64,000 nucleotides of DNA, from positions 54,872,001 through 54,936,000 of the forward strand of contig NC_086097.1 in the NCBI RefSeq assembly GCF_963921235.1, read 5' to 3'. Shown in pieces: positions 13,717-26,586 of the stretch. Source of the DNA: Mobula hypostoma. Its lineage: Eukaryota. Each line of letters starts with the position of its first letter. Within the stretch, counting starts at the first letter, position 1. The notes beneath the pieces are model-generated. The model was not told where the DNA came from, did not search any database, and was given only the letters and a program-made list of their open reading frames with translations. The position numbers and the translations under genes are program-made.

Positions 13717-14308
13717 AATCAGAATCAGTTCTATTTTGATTTGTTGTTTTACAGCACCGGTACAGTGCAATACATAAAATATACTATAAACTACAATAAA
13801 AATACCGGTATAGTAGATAAATGAGAACTAAGTGGTGCAGAAGGAGAACAATATAGTCAGGGGTTCATTGCCCATTCAGAAATCTGATAGCAGAGGGGAA
13901 GAAGCTGTTTCTAAAACACTGAGTGTGTGTTAACCTCCTATACCTACTCTGATGGTAGTAATGAGAAGAGGGCATATCTTGAATGGTGGGGGTCTTCACC
14001 GATGGATGCTGCCTTTTTGAGGCATCTCCTTTTGAAGATGTCCTCGACGGTGGGGAGGCTAGTGCCCACGATAGAGTAGGCCGAGTTCACAACTCTCTGC
14101 AGCTTTTTCTGATCCTGTGCAATGGCCCCTCCATACCAGACAGCTTCAATGCTCTTCATGTTACATCTGTAGAAATTTGCTCGAGTTCTTGGTAACATAC
14201 CAAATTTCCTCAAACTCCCGATGAAATATAATCGCTGGCATACCTTCTTCATCAATGAATAAATATGCTTGGTCCAGGTTAGATCTTCAGAAATGTTGAC
14301 ACCCAGAT
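13717..14308 (-). mobile_element. Rex1/Babar-type LINE 3' fragment
   Basis: ORF 13944-14255 reads QRLYFIGSLRKFGM...KAASIGEDPHH...LFSLLPS. Confidence 0.8.
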
Positions 14309-14309
14309 T

Positions 14310-15230
14310 TTAAGCCCAAGTTTGTGGATGACAGAAGATTGACAGAGTTGTTGATAGTGTGGAAAATAGAATTAGGCTCCAAAGAGATATCAATGTGTTT
14401 GTAAAATGGGCTGAAAAATGGCAGGTGAAGCTTACTCTAGACACATGCATCATCATCATTTTGGGAGTACTAATAAGACAAGAGTATACACCATGAATGA
14501 TAGGGTCTTCAGGAGTACAGAAGGAAAGAGGAAGTTTGGAGTACAAGTCTAGGTGTCTTTGAAGGTGACAACACAGGTAGATAGTGTACTTAGACGGGCA
14601 TACGGAATACTGACCTTCATTAGTCATGGCAGTGAATACAGACGTGGTGATGTTACACTGCAACGTGATGCGACTGTGATCAGAACTCAGCTGTTGTACT
14701 GCATGACACTCTGGTCATCATGCTACATGAAGGATGTGATGGCGCTGAAGAGAATGCAGAGGAAATTTCCCAGGACGTTGCCTGAGATGGAGAAATTCAT
14801 TTATAAAGGAGGGACTGGAGAAGTTAGGTTTGTTGTTCCTGAAGAAAGAGGCTCATTGGGGACACAAGTGAGCAAAGTAAAATAATAAGGGCTACAAATA
14901 CAGCAAATTGCTAGAAACTTTTCCCCATACGAGGTGGATAAAATGAGAGAACACAAGACAAGGGGCAAGGGATTTAGAGGGAACCGGAGAGGCAAGTCTC
15001 TGGAATGTACTGCTTGAGAGATTGGGTCTGTAATAGCATTTTAGGAGCATCTAGATGAGCACTTGAGTCACTGACATAGACGGCTATGGCACAAACAGAG
15101 TAGAAAGTTATAGGCACGGCCCAAGTGCTAGGAGAAAAGATTAATATGAAAGGGTGTTCATGAGTGAGCATGAGTGAGTTCGGCAGATGAGACGGGCAGA
15201 GTGGCCTTATCCATGTTACAGGATTCTAAC
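14310..15230 (+). mobile_element. Old CR1 LINE 3' fragment
   Basis: ORF 14553-14885 (SLKVTTQVDSVLRRAYGILTFI...KDVMALKRMQRKF) is a degenerate CR1 C-terminus. Confidence 0.7.
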
Positions 15231-17084
15231 AGAAAGACGTGGATTGTAAATTGACATAATTTGTAGGCAAGTGATAAAATCATGGGGAAGTTGATGGAAA
15301 TGTGGCAAAAATCAAATGGGAGAAGTGTACGAACAGTATTAAAGGGTAGCTATATGGCTGATGTATACTCAATGGGCTTAGGGCCTATTTTTATGCTTTA
15401 TGAATCCAAGTGAATATTTCAGTTCAAAAGCAACATTGAGGTTCAAATTCAAAGAACTGAGAGATTATTTTTCAGTATTACAACATTTCAGGTTAAACAT
15501 TCTTGAGTCATCAGTCAGGAATTAGCAGGAGTTCCAGGACTAACAGCAAGATGAATTAGGAACTGTTCACAATTTTAATATGCCTCTGTGACTCAGACCC
15601 TCAGACGATCTTATTAAACCATAGCAAGTAAGTTTTAGTGACTAAAATAAAGGACTCATTTGAGAAAAGGCCTTTAGAGTTTTGCAGGCTTGGCAACAGC
15701 AACCTTTAACCGCAGCAGTAGAAATCCTACTGTGCTAAACTTTGGCAGATTCAATTTAACATGGTATACAGACCAACAAAGTAACGTCTGCGGCAGACAC
15801 CATCTCCCTGGGTTGACACTCATCTCTGTAGCATCTGGACAATAAAGACACCAAAGTTAGACTATTGTTAAATTGGCATTTTAGAGAGAGAAGGGAAATC
15901 TGGTTGAATGATACCACAACAGCAACCTCTCACTTAACATCAGCAAAATCAAAGAGCTGATCATTGACTGTAGGAGGAAGAAACTGAGGGTCCATGAGCC
16001 AGTCCTTATTGGCTTTTATCAGGCTTTGTGTGCAATTTTTCATGGATTCTATTGTATTTCTTTGTTCTACTGTGAATGCCTGCAAGAAAATGACTCGCAG
16101 GTTTGCAAATGGTGACATTTCGGTGTTTTCATAATAAATTTACTCTGAACTTTGACTGCAACTTCAATGCTACAATTCCATGGAAGTTTAATTGCCAGTC
16201 TCCAAGTTCTGGGAGCCAATACCTTCCTGACCAGCAGATAGCAATCGGTAAGGATAAGCAGCACACTTCTGCCAGAATAATCCTCAGCACAGGAGCTCCA
16301 AAAGGTTGTGTCTTCACCCTCTACTCCCTAACAGTCCTGACTGTGTGGCCACATTGTCCTCAAACTCCATCTACAAGTCAGCAGATGACACCACTGTAGT
16401 GGGCTGTATCTTAAATAACAATGAGTCAGAATATAGGGAGGAGATAGAGAGCTTAGTAACATGTTGTCGTCACAACAACCTTTCCCTCAGTGTCTGCAAA
16501 ACAAAGGAGAACAGACTCCTGTTTTCAACAACAATGTTGAAGTTGAGAGGGTGAGGGTTTCAAGTTCCAAGGAGTGAACATTATAAACACTCAGCCCTGG
16601 TCCAACCATGTAATCAATGTTTAGCTGATTTAGCCACTGAGCCAGATTTAAAAGATAAACTCCTTGAGGCTGAGAGCGGAAAATGAACTAGTGTTCAGCT
16701 CACTACTCCATGACAGCCAAGATTCCCCACCTGAGCCCATGCCATCTGCTTGGACTTGACCTGTCTCCCTCTCTTCCCTCTACTACCGTTTGGCGGGTGG
16801 TGCAGGAGTCTGGGGTCCATGCTGCCCTGCAACCATCGGGCTCCTGGACCAGCTTCACTCGCCGCAGCGCTGAACTGGTGCCGCAGCTGTGGACTCGCTT
16901 TTGAGCAATCTGCAGTTCATGGTCTCTATTATTTGCTTACTTTCTCACTATTTGCACAATTTGTTCTTTTTCACACATTGGATTTCATTGGACTTTGTTG
17001 TGAGTGGTTTCTCATGGATTCTATTGTGTTTCTGTTTTGTGGCTCCCTGCAAAATGATGAATCCAGGTTGTATATAGTGTACAT

Positions 17085-17939
17085 TGTTACGAGAATACAC
17101 ATAAAATTAAGATGTTTGCTGGCCTGGGCTAGCATCAGTGGCATCAGCAGTTGGTCTGCCACCTGCCCTCAGGGGAAGGAGAGATAAGGAACAATGGAGC
17201 AGCGTCTGGAGATGTGTAATGAAGGGATGTGGGAGAGGGAGCTGTCTGGAGCGGCTCCCCCCTTTGAACCCTGAACTGTTTGAAGTGATGGACAGGCGAT
17301 ACCCCAGCAGGGGGATAAAAAGGGACAGGTTCGCTAAGACAGGCACACACGCCACCCGAGGTAACGAGACCCTGGAAGCGGTGCGCCTCTCACGAGTGGG
17401 TGAGAAGTACCAGACAACGACCAGGGTGGAAAGGTACGATCAGCGGGAACCCGGTGTGTGTCCGCCCTTGCCTGGGTGCCGCGTTCACTGCAGAGGATCG
17501 ACCGCATCTGGAGGAGGGGTCACAGTCGGTGACCTCAGGTGACATCACCAAGGACCCGCCCAAAAGTTGCTTATGAGCAATCTCGCCGGTCTGTGAGTGA
17601 AGCAGTGTTCTGAATGATCAGTTGTTCCTGTTCTATCTCTCTCTTCCCCCACGTTGTCCATCGCCATGGCAACGATTACTGCGAACTGAACTGGACTGAA
17701 CTTTGAGTCATTTTGAAATTTGGTCATTTACCCCTAGACAACGATAGAGCTTGATTGATGCTGTTATCTTAATCCTGTGCACATGTGTGTTTATCATCGC
17801 TGAACTGTTGCATTTATTATCCTTTCGATTACTGTGTTGCTTGTTTCTTTAATAAAACTTTCTTAGTTCTAGTACTCCAGACTCCAACTGAGTGATCCAT
17901 TTCTGCTGGTTTGGCAACCCAGTTACGGGGTACGTAACA
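17085..17939 (+). mobile_element. Solo LTR (855 bp)
   Basis: Termini TGTTACG...CGTAACA form a 7-bp inverted repeat (TG..CA). Exact 4-bp TSD ACAT at 17081-17084 and 17940-17943. TATA-like GATAAAAA at about 17314 and AATAAA at 17851. Confidence 0.9.
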
Positions 17940-17959
17940 ACATACATACACAATAAATT

Positions 17960-20900
17960 AACCTTTAGGGAATCCTGCACAAGAACACCCAATTCCCTTT
18001 GCACCTAAGATTTTTGAATATTCTCTCCATTTAGAAAATAGTTTACACTTTTATTTCTTCCTCCAAAGTGCATGACTGTACACTTCCCGACACTGTATAC
18101 TATCTGCCACTTCTTTGTGCACTCTCCTGTTCTGTCCAAGTACTTTCGTAGCCTCTCTGCTTCCTCAACAATATATATCTCTCTACCGTTCTTCACATCA
18201 TTTGCAAACTTTGCTACAAAACCATTAATTCCATCATCCAAATTATTGACAGAAAACATAAAAAGAAACACTCCTAACACAGACCCTTGTGGAATATCAC
18301 TAGTCACTGGCAGCTAGCCAGAAAAGGCTCCTTTTATTCCCATTCTTTGCCTCCTGCCACTCAGCCAATCTTCTATCCATGTTGGTATCTGTCAGGTATT
18401 ACCACAAGCTCTTAAACTGTTAACCAGCCTCATGTGTGACACCTTATCAGAGGCTTTCTGTAAATTCAAGTACACAACATTGACCAATTCTCCTTTGTCT
18501 ACCCTACTTGTTATTTCTTTAAAAATTCCAACAGATTTGTCAGGGAAGACAATCTCTTGAGCAAATCATACCGATTTCAGCCTATTTTATCATGTGCCTC
18601 CAAGTACCCCGAAACCACAATCTTAACAATCAACTCTAACATCTTTCCAACCACTAATTTCCTTTCTTCTGCATCTTTCCCTTCTTGAAGAGTAGAGTAG
18701 CATTTACAATTTTCCAGTCCTCTGGAACCAAGCCAGAATCTATTGATTCTTGAAAGATCATTACAAATGCCTCCATGATCTCTTCAGCCACCTCTTTCAG
18801 GACCCTGGGGTGTACACCATCTGGTCCAGGTGACTTACCTATCTTCAGACCTTTCAGTTTCCCAAGCACCTTTTCCCTAATAATAGCAACTTAACTCGTT
18901 TCTTTCCTCAGACACTCTTGCACTTCTGGTGGCATACTGCTAGTGTCTTCCACATTGAGGACTGATGCAAAATACTTATTTAGTTCATCCACCATTTACT
19001 TGTCCACCATTGCTACCTCTCCAGCATTGTTTTCCAGCAGTCCAATATCTACTTTATCCTTTCTTTTACATTTCATATAGCTGAAGAAACCTTTGGTACC
19101 CTTTTTAATATTATTGGCTAGCTTACCTTCATATTCCATGTTTTCCCTCTTTATGACTTTTTAGTTGCCTTTTGAGGATTTTTAAAAGCTGACCAAATTT
19201 CTAACTTCCCACTGATTTTTGCTCTATTATAATCTCTTTCCTTGGCTTTGACCTCCCTTGTCAGCCAAAGTTGTGACATCCTGCCTTTAGAATACTTCTT
19301 TTTGTGATATGTCTATCCTGCAACCTCCAAATTGCTCCCAGAAACTCCAGCTCTGCCATCAGCCCTGCTAGTGTTCCCTTTCAATCAACTATGGCCAGCT
19401 CCTTGCTCATGTCTCTGTAATTCCCTTTGCTCCATTTTAATACTGATATATCTGACTTTAGCTTCTTCCTTTCAAATTGCAGGGGGAGTTCTATCATATT
19501 ATGATCTTTGCCTCCTAAGGGTTCATTTACCACACTCTCTCTAATTAATTCTGGTTCACTACACAACACCCAATCTGGAATAGCTGACCCAACCATGAGG
19601 TGGGCTCAACTACGAGCTGCTCTGAAAAGCCATCTTGTAGGCTTTCTACAAAATCCCCATCTTGGTATCCAGCACCAACCTAATTTTCCCCAATCTACCT
19701 GTATATTGAAATCCCCATGACTATCATAACATTGCCCTTTTGACATGCATTTTTTATCTCCCATTGCAATTTGCAGCCGATATATTTGCTGCTGTATGGA
19801 GGTCTGCATATAACTCCCATCAAGGTCTTTTTACTCTTGCAATTTCTTAGCTCTACCCACAATGATTCTACACCTTCTGATTATATATCACCTCTGTCCA
19901 AGGATTTGATTTTATTCTTTACCAACAGAGCCACGCCGCCCCCCTGCCTAACTGCCTGTCCTTTCAATTTAATGTGTATCCTTGAATGTTAAGCTCGCAG
20001 CTATAATCCCCTTTCAACCATGAATCAGTGATGCTCATAACATCATACATGCCAATCTCCAAGTCTGGTACAAGTTCATTCCATATGCTGTGTGCATTCA
20101 AATATGATACCTTCAGTCCTGTATTCATCAGCCTTTTTGATTTTGTCTTCTTTTATGTTACAGCTCATCTTGTTGACTGCAATTTTGCCCTGTCACCAGC
20201 AGGTCCTTGCTAGCAGTCTCACTACACAGTACTTCTGCTCACATACCAACTGTCCCATCTTCAGCCCTATCACTCTGGTTCCCACCCCCTGCCCTATTAG
20301 CTTAAACCCTCCCAAACAACTCTAGCAAATCTGCCCATGAGAATGTTGGTCCCCTTCAGTTTCAGGTGCAACTTATCCCTATTGTACTGGCCATACCTTC
20401 TCCAGAAGATATCCCAATAATCCAGAAATTCCATCCCCCTGCCCCCTGCACCAGTTCATCAGCTATGCATTTATCTGCTGTTCTTACCCTCACTGGCATA
20501 TGGCACAGGCAGCAACCCAGAGATTTACTATCCCGGAGGTCCTGCTTTTTAGCATTCTACCTAGCTCCCTAAATTCTCTCTTCAGGACCACCTCACCTTT
20601 CCTATCTAAGACATTGGTACCAAAATGCACCGAGACTTCTGGATTCTCACACTACCCGTTTAGAAGGCTGTGGACTCAATCCAAGGCACCCCTAGCACTT
20701 GGGAGGCAACATACCAAACGGGTGTCTCTATCAAGTTCACAGAATCTCATCTCTGTTCCTTTTACTCCTTTCACTACTGTAGTCCTCTCTTCTCTTCCGA
20801 GCCACAGCACCAGACTCTGTGCCAGAGACCCGGTCACAGTGGCTCCAGCCTGGTAGGCCATCTCTCCTAACAGAATTCAATACAGTGTACTTATTATTGA

Positions 20901-21120
20901 GGGGAATATCTACAGGGGTACTCTGCACTGGCTGCCCATTTCCTTTCCCTCTCCTGACAGTCTCCCAGGTACCGGCCTCCTGCAACCTTGGGGTGACTAC
21001 CTCCCTGTAGCTTCTATCCATCACCTCCTCAGTCGCCCTTATGAGCTAAAGTTCACTGAGTTGCAACTCCAGTTTTTTTAAAAACGCATTCTCAGAGGAG
21101 CTGCAGTTTGGCACATCTTG
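17960..21120 (-). mobile_element. Long degenerate CR1 LINE (ORF1, endonuclease, RT)
   Basis: Collinear minus ORFs: 20737-21024 (ORF1), 19381-19596 (EPLGGKDHNMI), 18654-18869 (KSPGPDGVHPRVLKE) and 18005-18307 (DIPQGSVLG, KFAND). Confidence 0.85.
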
Positions 21121-22359
21121 GAGGCTAGAGATCTCCCAGAATTCCCCACATCTTGAACAAAGAACAAAATGCAGCCCCAGGGGCCATTTTCATTGCAATA
21201 ACCATACACTAACAGATGAGGAATGAAGAATAAAAAAAAACCTGCCAGATACTTCCCTCACCAAAGCCACTATAACACTGACACAATGGCCACTCTGTTT
21301 GCCCCTGCCTTATTTTTATTCGCCGTTGCACATGAATCCCATTCATTGATTGGCCAGTTCAAACTCTGAAAGCAATTGTGAAGTGCTGATTTTTTAATCT
21401 TCAATTGCAAACTTTCCATCAGGCAGAAAATATAAAAGCCTGAAAATGCATACCAGCAGGTTTCAACCCTGCTGTTGTAAGACTATTGAACAGGTCCACA
21501 ATACAGTGAGGTAGACTCAACCTGGCATTTTAGTCTGTAATGATCTTGCAGTTTATTGTCTACCTGCACTGCACTTGCTCTGTCACTGTTGCACTTTATT
21601 CTTCATTCTGTTGCTGCTCACCTTGTATGTCAATGCACTGTGCAATGATTTGATCTGACCAACAGTATGCAAGACAAGCTTTTCAGTCTACCCCAGTACA
21701 TGTAATGATAATAAATCAATTCCAATTATTTTTTGAAGCAGCGGCATCTTACAAATCTATCAGCAGTGCTTGTTCAGCTTGGTTTTCAGGTTATTATAAT
21801 TATTTATCAGTTTACACTTTTACTTGCACTCATTTGAACAGAAATTCCTTAATTCAGATCTTATCCTGGACGCTGTTTCTTTGTTCTGTGATTTTTGGAC
21901 TGCTGAAACCTCTGTAATCAGTATAAACCCTTCTAGCTGTTATACCATTTAATGAATACAATCGCAATTTTACATCTAATTTTTTTTTAAGTTGGCTATG
22001 TAAAAAGTTGTCTGTTTCTCTCTATAAAAATGCGGTTCTTGCCAGTATTTTCTGTTTTATTTCTTGGGCTGCATTGCTGTTACGACGCCCTGCAGTCATA
22101 ATGGGTGTGGTACAATACAGAGAGAAAAGGCCCTCGGTTAATTTGGCTGGTTTGGGACTTTTGGCATGGACAAGTTGGGGGCAAAGGGCCCGTTTCCGAA
22201 TTGTGTAACCCACTCCAAGTAGACTACTGAAACTACTCGGCTCTCGCTATTCCAGTCATCTGGTTTTTGTGCAACTATTCCACATGACCATTCACCTACA
22301 CTGCAGTTGATTTACAATTTACCTACCAACCAAATGCAAATATTGCTCTTTTGTCATTT

Positions 22360-22821
22360 CCAGCTCCGTCGCCCAAAGCTGGTCACATCAAAATTTCATC
22401 CGCCTATCAAAATAAGGGGATGTCTGAACGGTTCTGCAACTCCACCCTGATCATGTGAAGGGCGAGGCTATGCGATGACTGTTCTGAGGGCGTCACTGAA
22501 GTTTTAAAGGCTCCAGTAAGTGGATTTGTGATTAAATTACAGGTAGGACTTGGGCCAGGTTTTCGAACAGTTTTTAAAAAAAAATCCCACTGATCGTGCG
22601 GTGCGTGTCTTCGAGTCGAGGTGAATGGGTTTCGGGTTGGTGTTTTTGGGAACGATTTATGAGCGTTTTGCCGTCCTTCCGTTACTTTAACGTGATCGAA
22701 CGGCTGGAATCAACAGCCCAGGCCGGTTGGCTGAGTCCAGCTCCGCGATTTCTCTTTCTAAACTCGGAGCCCCCATCCCCTCGCCAGCACTGATTCGTTC
22801 GTTGCTCCTTTCTTTCTGTAG
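22360..22821 (+). promoter_or_regulatory. lgals3: Probable lgals3 promoter, 5' non-coding exon and first intron region (CpG-enriched)
   Basis: Visibly CpG-rich and TE-free compared with the flanks. CGTCA followed by TTTTAAA at about 22491-22508. Candidate donors GTAAGT (22516) and AG|GTAGGA (22543) lie upstream of the acceptor at 22821. The transcription start cannot be determined from sequence. Confidence 0.5.
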
Positions 22822-22850
22822 GTTTCCTCTCCGACTGCATCAACAAAATC

Positions 22851-22853
22851 ATG
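22851..22853 (+). CDS. lgals3: Galectin-3 coding exon 1 (start ATG only; exon 22822-22853)
   Basis: Acceptor CCTTTCTTTCTGTAG ends at 22821. Kozak-like AAAATCATG is followed immediately by donor GTAAGA at 22854. Phase 0 joins to DELS. Confidence 0.8.
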
Positions 22854-24168
22854 GTAAGAAATTACAAATCTTTATATTCCTATTATAATGGAAGTGGTCT
22901 TTCTCTAACACGGAAGCTATCAATTTAATATCGTTTCTCTCCTGCGGAACACAAGCCAGTAGTTTCACAAAAGTTTGGTTGTCAATTGCGCTGGCCCCCT
23001 TCTACTGCACTCCCAGCACATAGCTCCCACGCCACCTCCATCTCCCCCATCTGGTCCAATCCCTTTACCGCCCCGGCACATTGCTTGCTCCCTCCCTCCA
23101 GATCGCATCTCCTCCCACATCCCGTGTCACTTCTTCACCAATTATACTTACATCATTGAAGTAAATGTCCTCAATGTGCTTTGGTTGTCGAACTGGTGTG
23201 GATTTAAAAAAATATCTTAATACAGTATATTGTAAAATAGTGCAATTGTGATTGTAGATAGCTGTAGTTTCTGCTACTATAGAAACTTTATATGCTAGTT
23301 TACATAGTTCTACTTTTTCTTTGTGGTTGAAAAGAACCTGGTGTAATGTAGAGTTACACGTATTTATGGATTCACTTTTACACACCCATAATAAGTATAT
23401 GATCCTTCCCACAATCCAGAAATGTTGAAGACTTGCAAAAAACATGATCACGAGCTTTGCCTAACTAAATCTTTTTGGACGCAAACTAAAGTTCTCTACT
23501 TAATAATATAATTAAAATTGCTGCCTCTCTCTCACACACACCTGCATTATTTCTCTTGTGTATAATGTATGTTTAGATGTAATTTGTATTCTGTGTGTTG
23601 TCTGTACCCATGTACCTGTGATGTTGCTGCAAACAAGTTTTTCACTGTATCTGTACATGAGGTCATGTTAATGCTGGAAGATGAAATAAGGGAAAACGAA
23701 GAGGAAACTTCTTCACTGAGGGTGGTGAGAGTGTGGAACAAGCTGCCTGTGGTAGTGGTGCATGCTCGCTTGATTGCAACTCTCAAGAGAAGTTTGCACA
23801 AGTCCATGGATGGGAGGTCGACAGAGAGCGATGGTCCAGATTTGTGTTGATGGGACGAGGCAGATCAGCACGGGCTAGATGGGCCAAAGGGTCTGTTCCT
23901 GTGCTGTAGTGCTTCATAATTCTGTGACATGATAATAAATTCAGCTTGACTTGTCTGGAAATTTCTCAGCTAAAACTTTGATGTATGAACCAATGAATGA
24001 ATGAACAATAGTTATTAAATTCCAGTATGACACATGTAACTTCTCCCCTTCCAATCACCATCTAGAGGCAGATGACTTAAATAATTTCCTTCTAAAAGCT
24101 AGTATTTAATATTTAGTTATTCCTTGCTTGCAATAATTCATTTGAACATAATCTCTTTTGCTTTACAG

Positions 24169-24180
24169 GATGAATTATCT
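24169..24180 (+). CDS. lgals3: Galectin-3 coding exon 2 (12-nt microexon, DELS)
   Basis: TCTCTTTTGCTTTACAG|GATGAATTATCT|GTGAGT. Gives MDELS-LEDAL, matching mammalian MADNFS-LHDAL. Confidence 0.85.
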
Positions 24181-24520
24181 GTGAGTATGAAACTATTTTT
24201 GACATCAGAATTTTTATTAATACTTTTCAAATACCCGCATATTTATTGAGATATAGAGCCGTGTCGCCCAGTTAACCCTAGCCTAATCATGGCATGATTT
24301 ACAATGACTAATTAACCTAGTAACCGGTACATTTTTGGACTGTGGGAAGAAACCGGAACGTCTGGAGAAAACCTACGTATTCCACAGGAAGGATATATAT
24401 ATGGACTCCTAACAAATGATGTCAGAATTGAATTCCTTTGCCCTGACCTCTAGTAATGTCACGCTAACCTCTATGCTAATGTGGCAACCCTATTCAACAA
24501 TCCTGTTGTTTAGATTCTGT

Positions 24521-26586
24521 CGGGGCTTAAAGTCCCATAAAATATCATTCTATGCTGATGATTTACTTTTATATATTTCTAATCCCCAAAAATCCATCCC
24601 GGCTGTTTTGGAGCTATTAGCACAATTTGGTCTTTTTTCAGGTTATAAATTAAATCTTACTAAGAGTGAACTCTTTCGATTAATAAACAACTTCCCTTAT
24701 ATTATAAATTTCCATTTAAATTGATTAATAATTATTTTTCATATCTTGGGATTAAAATTACTTGTAAATACAAAGATTTATTTAAGACTAACTTTTTACC
24801 ATTAATAGACCATATTATTCAACTTTCATCTAAATGGTTTCCTTTATATTTAACTTTGATTGGTCATATTAATGCAGTTAAGATGATTTTTTTTTGCCAA
24901 AATTTTTATATATATTCCAGGCATTACCAATCTTTGTTCCAAAATCTTTTTTTGACAAAGTCGACTCTAAAATTTCTTCATTTATTTGGCAGAATAAAAA
25001 CCCGAGACTGGGTAAAATACATTTACAGAAAGCTAAGAGAGATGGAGGCTTAGCATTACCTAACTTCAGATTTTATTATTGGGCAATTAATATTCGACAT
25101 ATGAAATTCTGGTTACTTGACCAGGATATACTATCCATTCCTAAATGGGTAGCATTGGAATTACAATCTGTTCAGGGTTTTACACTTGGCTCTATTTTAG
25201 GTTCCTCTCTTCCTTTTGATTTGAAACGCCTCAAACAGGTGTCTAACCCGATAGTTAAATATACCTTACGTACTTGGTTTCAATTTAGAAAATTTTTTGA
25301 TCTTAATCAATTTGGGTTAGCGATTCCTATTTTAGGTAACATATTTTTTCGTCCCTCTTTTACGGATCGTGCTTTTCAAATTTGGAAGACTAAGGGTATT
25401 TCACGGTTTTTGGATTTATTTTTAGATGGTTCCCTTATGTCTTTTGAACAATTATCTAATAAATATAACTTATCAAGAATACATTTTTTAGATATCTACA
25501 AGTTAGAAATTTCCTAAGTACTATACTTTCTTCCTTTCCAATGCTTCCTCCTACATACATTTTAGATACTATAATTAACCTTAATCCATGTCAGAAAGGT
25601 GCATCGGCTATGATTTATAATATTATTATGAAACTTAGGAAAGCTCCATTTGATAAGATTAGGGTAGATTGGGAACAGGAATTGGGGTTTATCATTTCCG
25701 TGGATGACTGGGGGCAGATTTTACAATTAGTCAATACTTCCTCTATCTGTGCTAAACATTCCCTAATTCAATTTAAAGTTGTTCATAGAGCACATATGTC
25801 CAAAGATAAGTTAGCGCGCTTTTATGCTCATATTAATCCTTTTTGTGATAGATGTCCGGGGCAGATAGCCTCCTTAACTCATATGTTTTGGTCTTGCCCT
25901 ACTCTGGAAACTTTTTGGAGAGACATTTTTAATATTATCTCCAAGGTATTGAATATAGATATCTCTCCTCACCCTATTACTGCTATCTTTGGACTACCTA
26001 AAATTTCCAGTAATCTTTCCCCTTCAGCCCATAGAATGATTGCATTTCTTACTTTAATGGCGAAAAGATGTATCTTACAACATTGGAAAGAGCTTAATGC
26101 TCCAACTACCTTTTTTTGGTTTTCTCAGACGATATTATGCTTGAATTTGGAGAAAATTAGAAGCAATCTTTATGACTCCTCATTTAAATTTGAACAGACT
26201 TGGAGATCTTTTATTCAATATTTTCATTTAATGTAATATATACCCTTCTTGTTTTTTTTTACTGTTTTTAATGGAGGTCGGGATTGAGGACGTGATTTTA
26301 AGTTTTTTAACTCTGTTTGGTTTCAAGTTAGCCCATTGCTTTGCTTTGCTTTTAGTTAGTTGCACGGTGGGTTTTTTTTTGGGGGGGGGTTTCCTTTTCT
26401 CTATTGATATATATATAAAAATTAGTATACTATTATGTTACCTTGGTATGTTATATTTAAATTACATTGTAGTATTTTTTTGTATTAATATCTTCTGTAA
26501 TTTTATTATATTCTAACAGTGTATTAGTGTCTATATGGCTTACCTTTTTGTATACTTATTCAATAAAAAGATTTAAAAAGAAAGAA
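24521..26586 (+). mobile_element. 5'-truncated L1-clade LINE in a lgals3 intron, sense orientation
   Basis: FYADD at 24548-24562, GGLALPNFRFYYWA, and C-terminal knuckle CDRC...HMFWSC. AATAAA at 26562 and an A-rich tail. Exact 9-bp TSD AGATTCTGT at 24512-24520 and 26587-26595. Few frameshifts. Confidence 0.95.

Noticed and set aside
17138..17542. 134-aa ORF inside the LTR
   Set aside because: No recognisable domain and a non-ATG start, consistent with a chance ORF in GC-richer LTR sequence.
24170..24172. ATG inside the microexon as the true start codon
   Set aside because: It is out of frame with exon 3 and terminates at TGA 27764-27766 after a short peptide.
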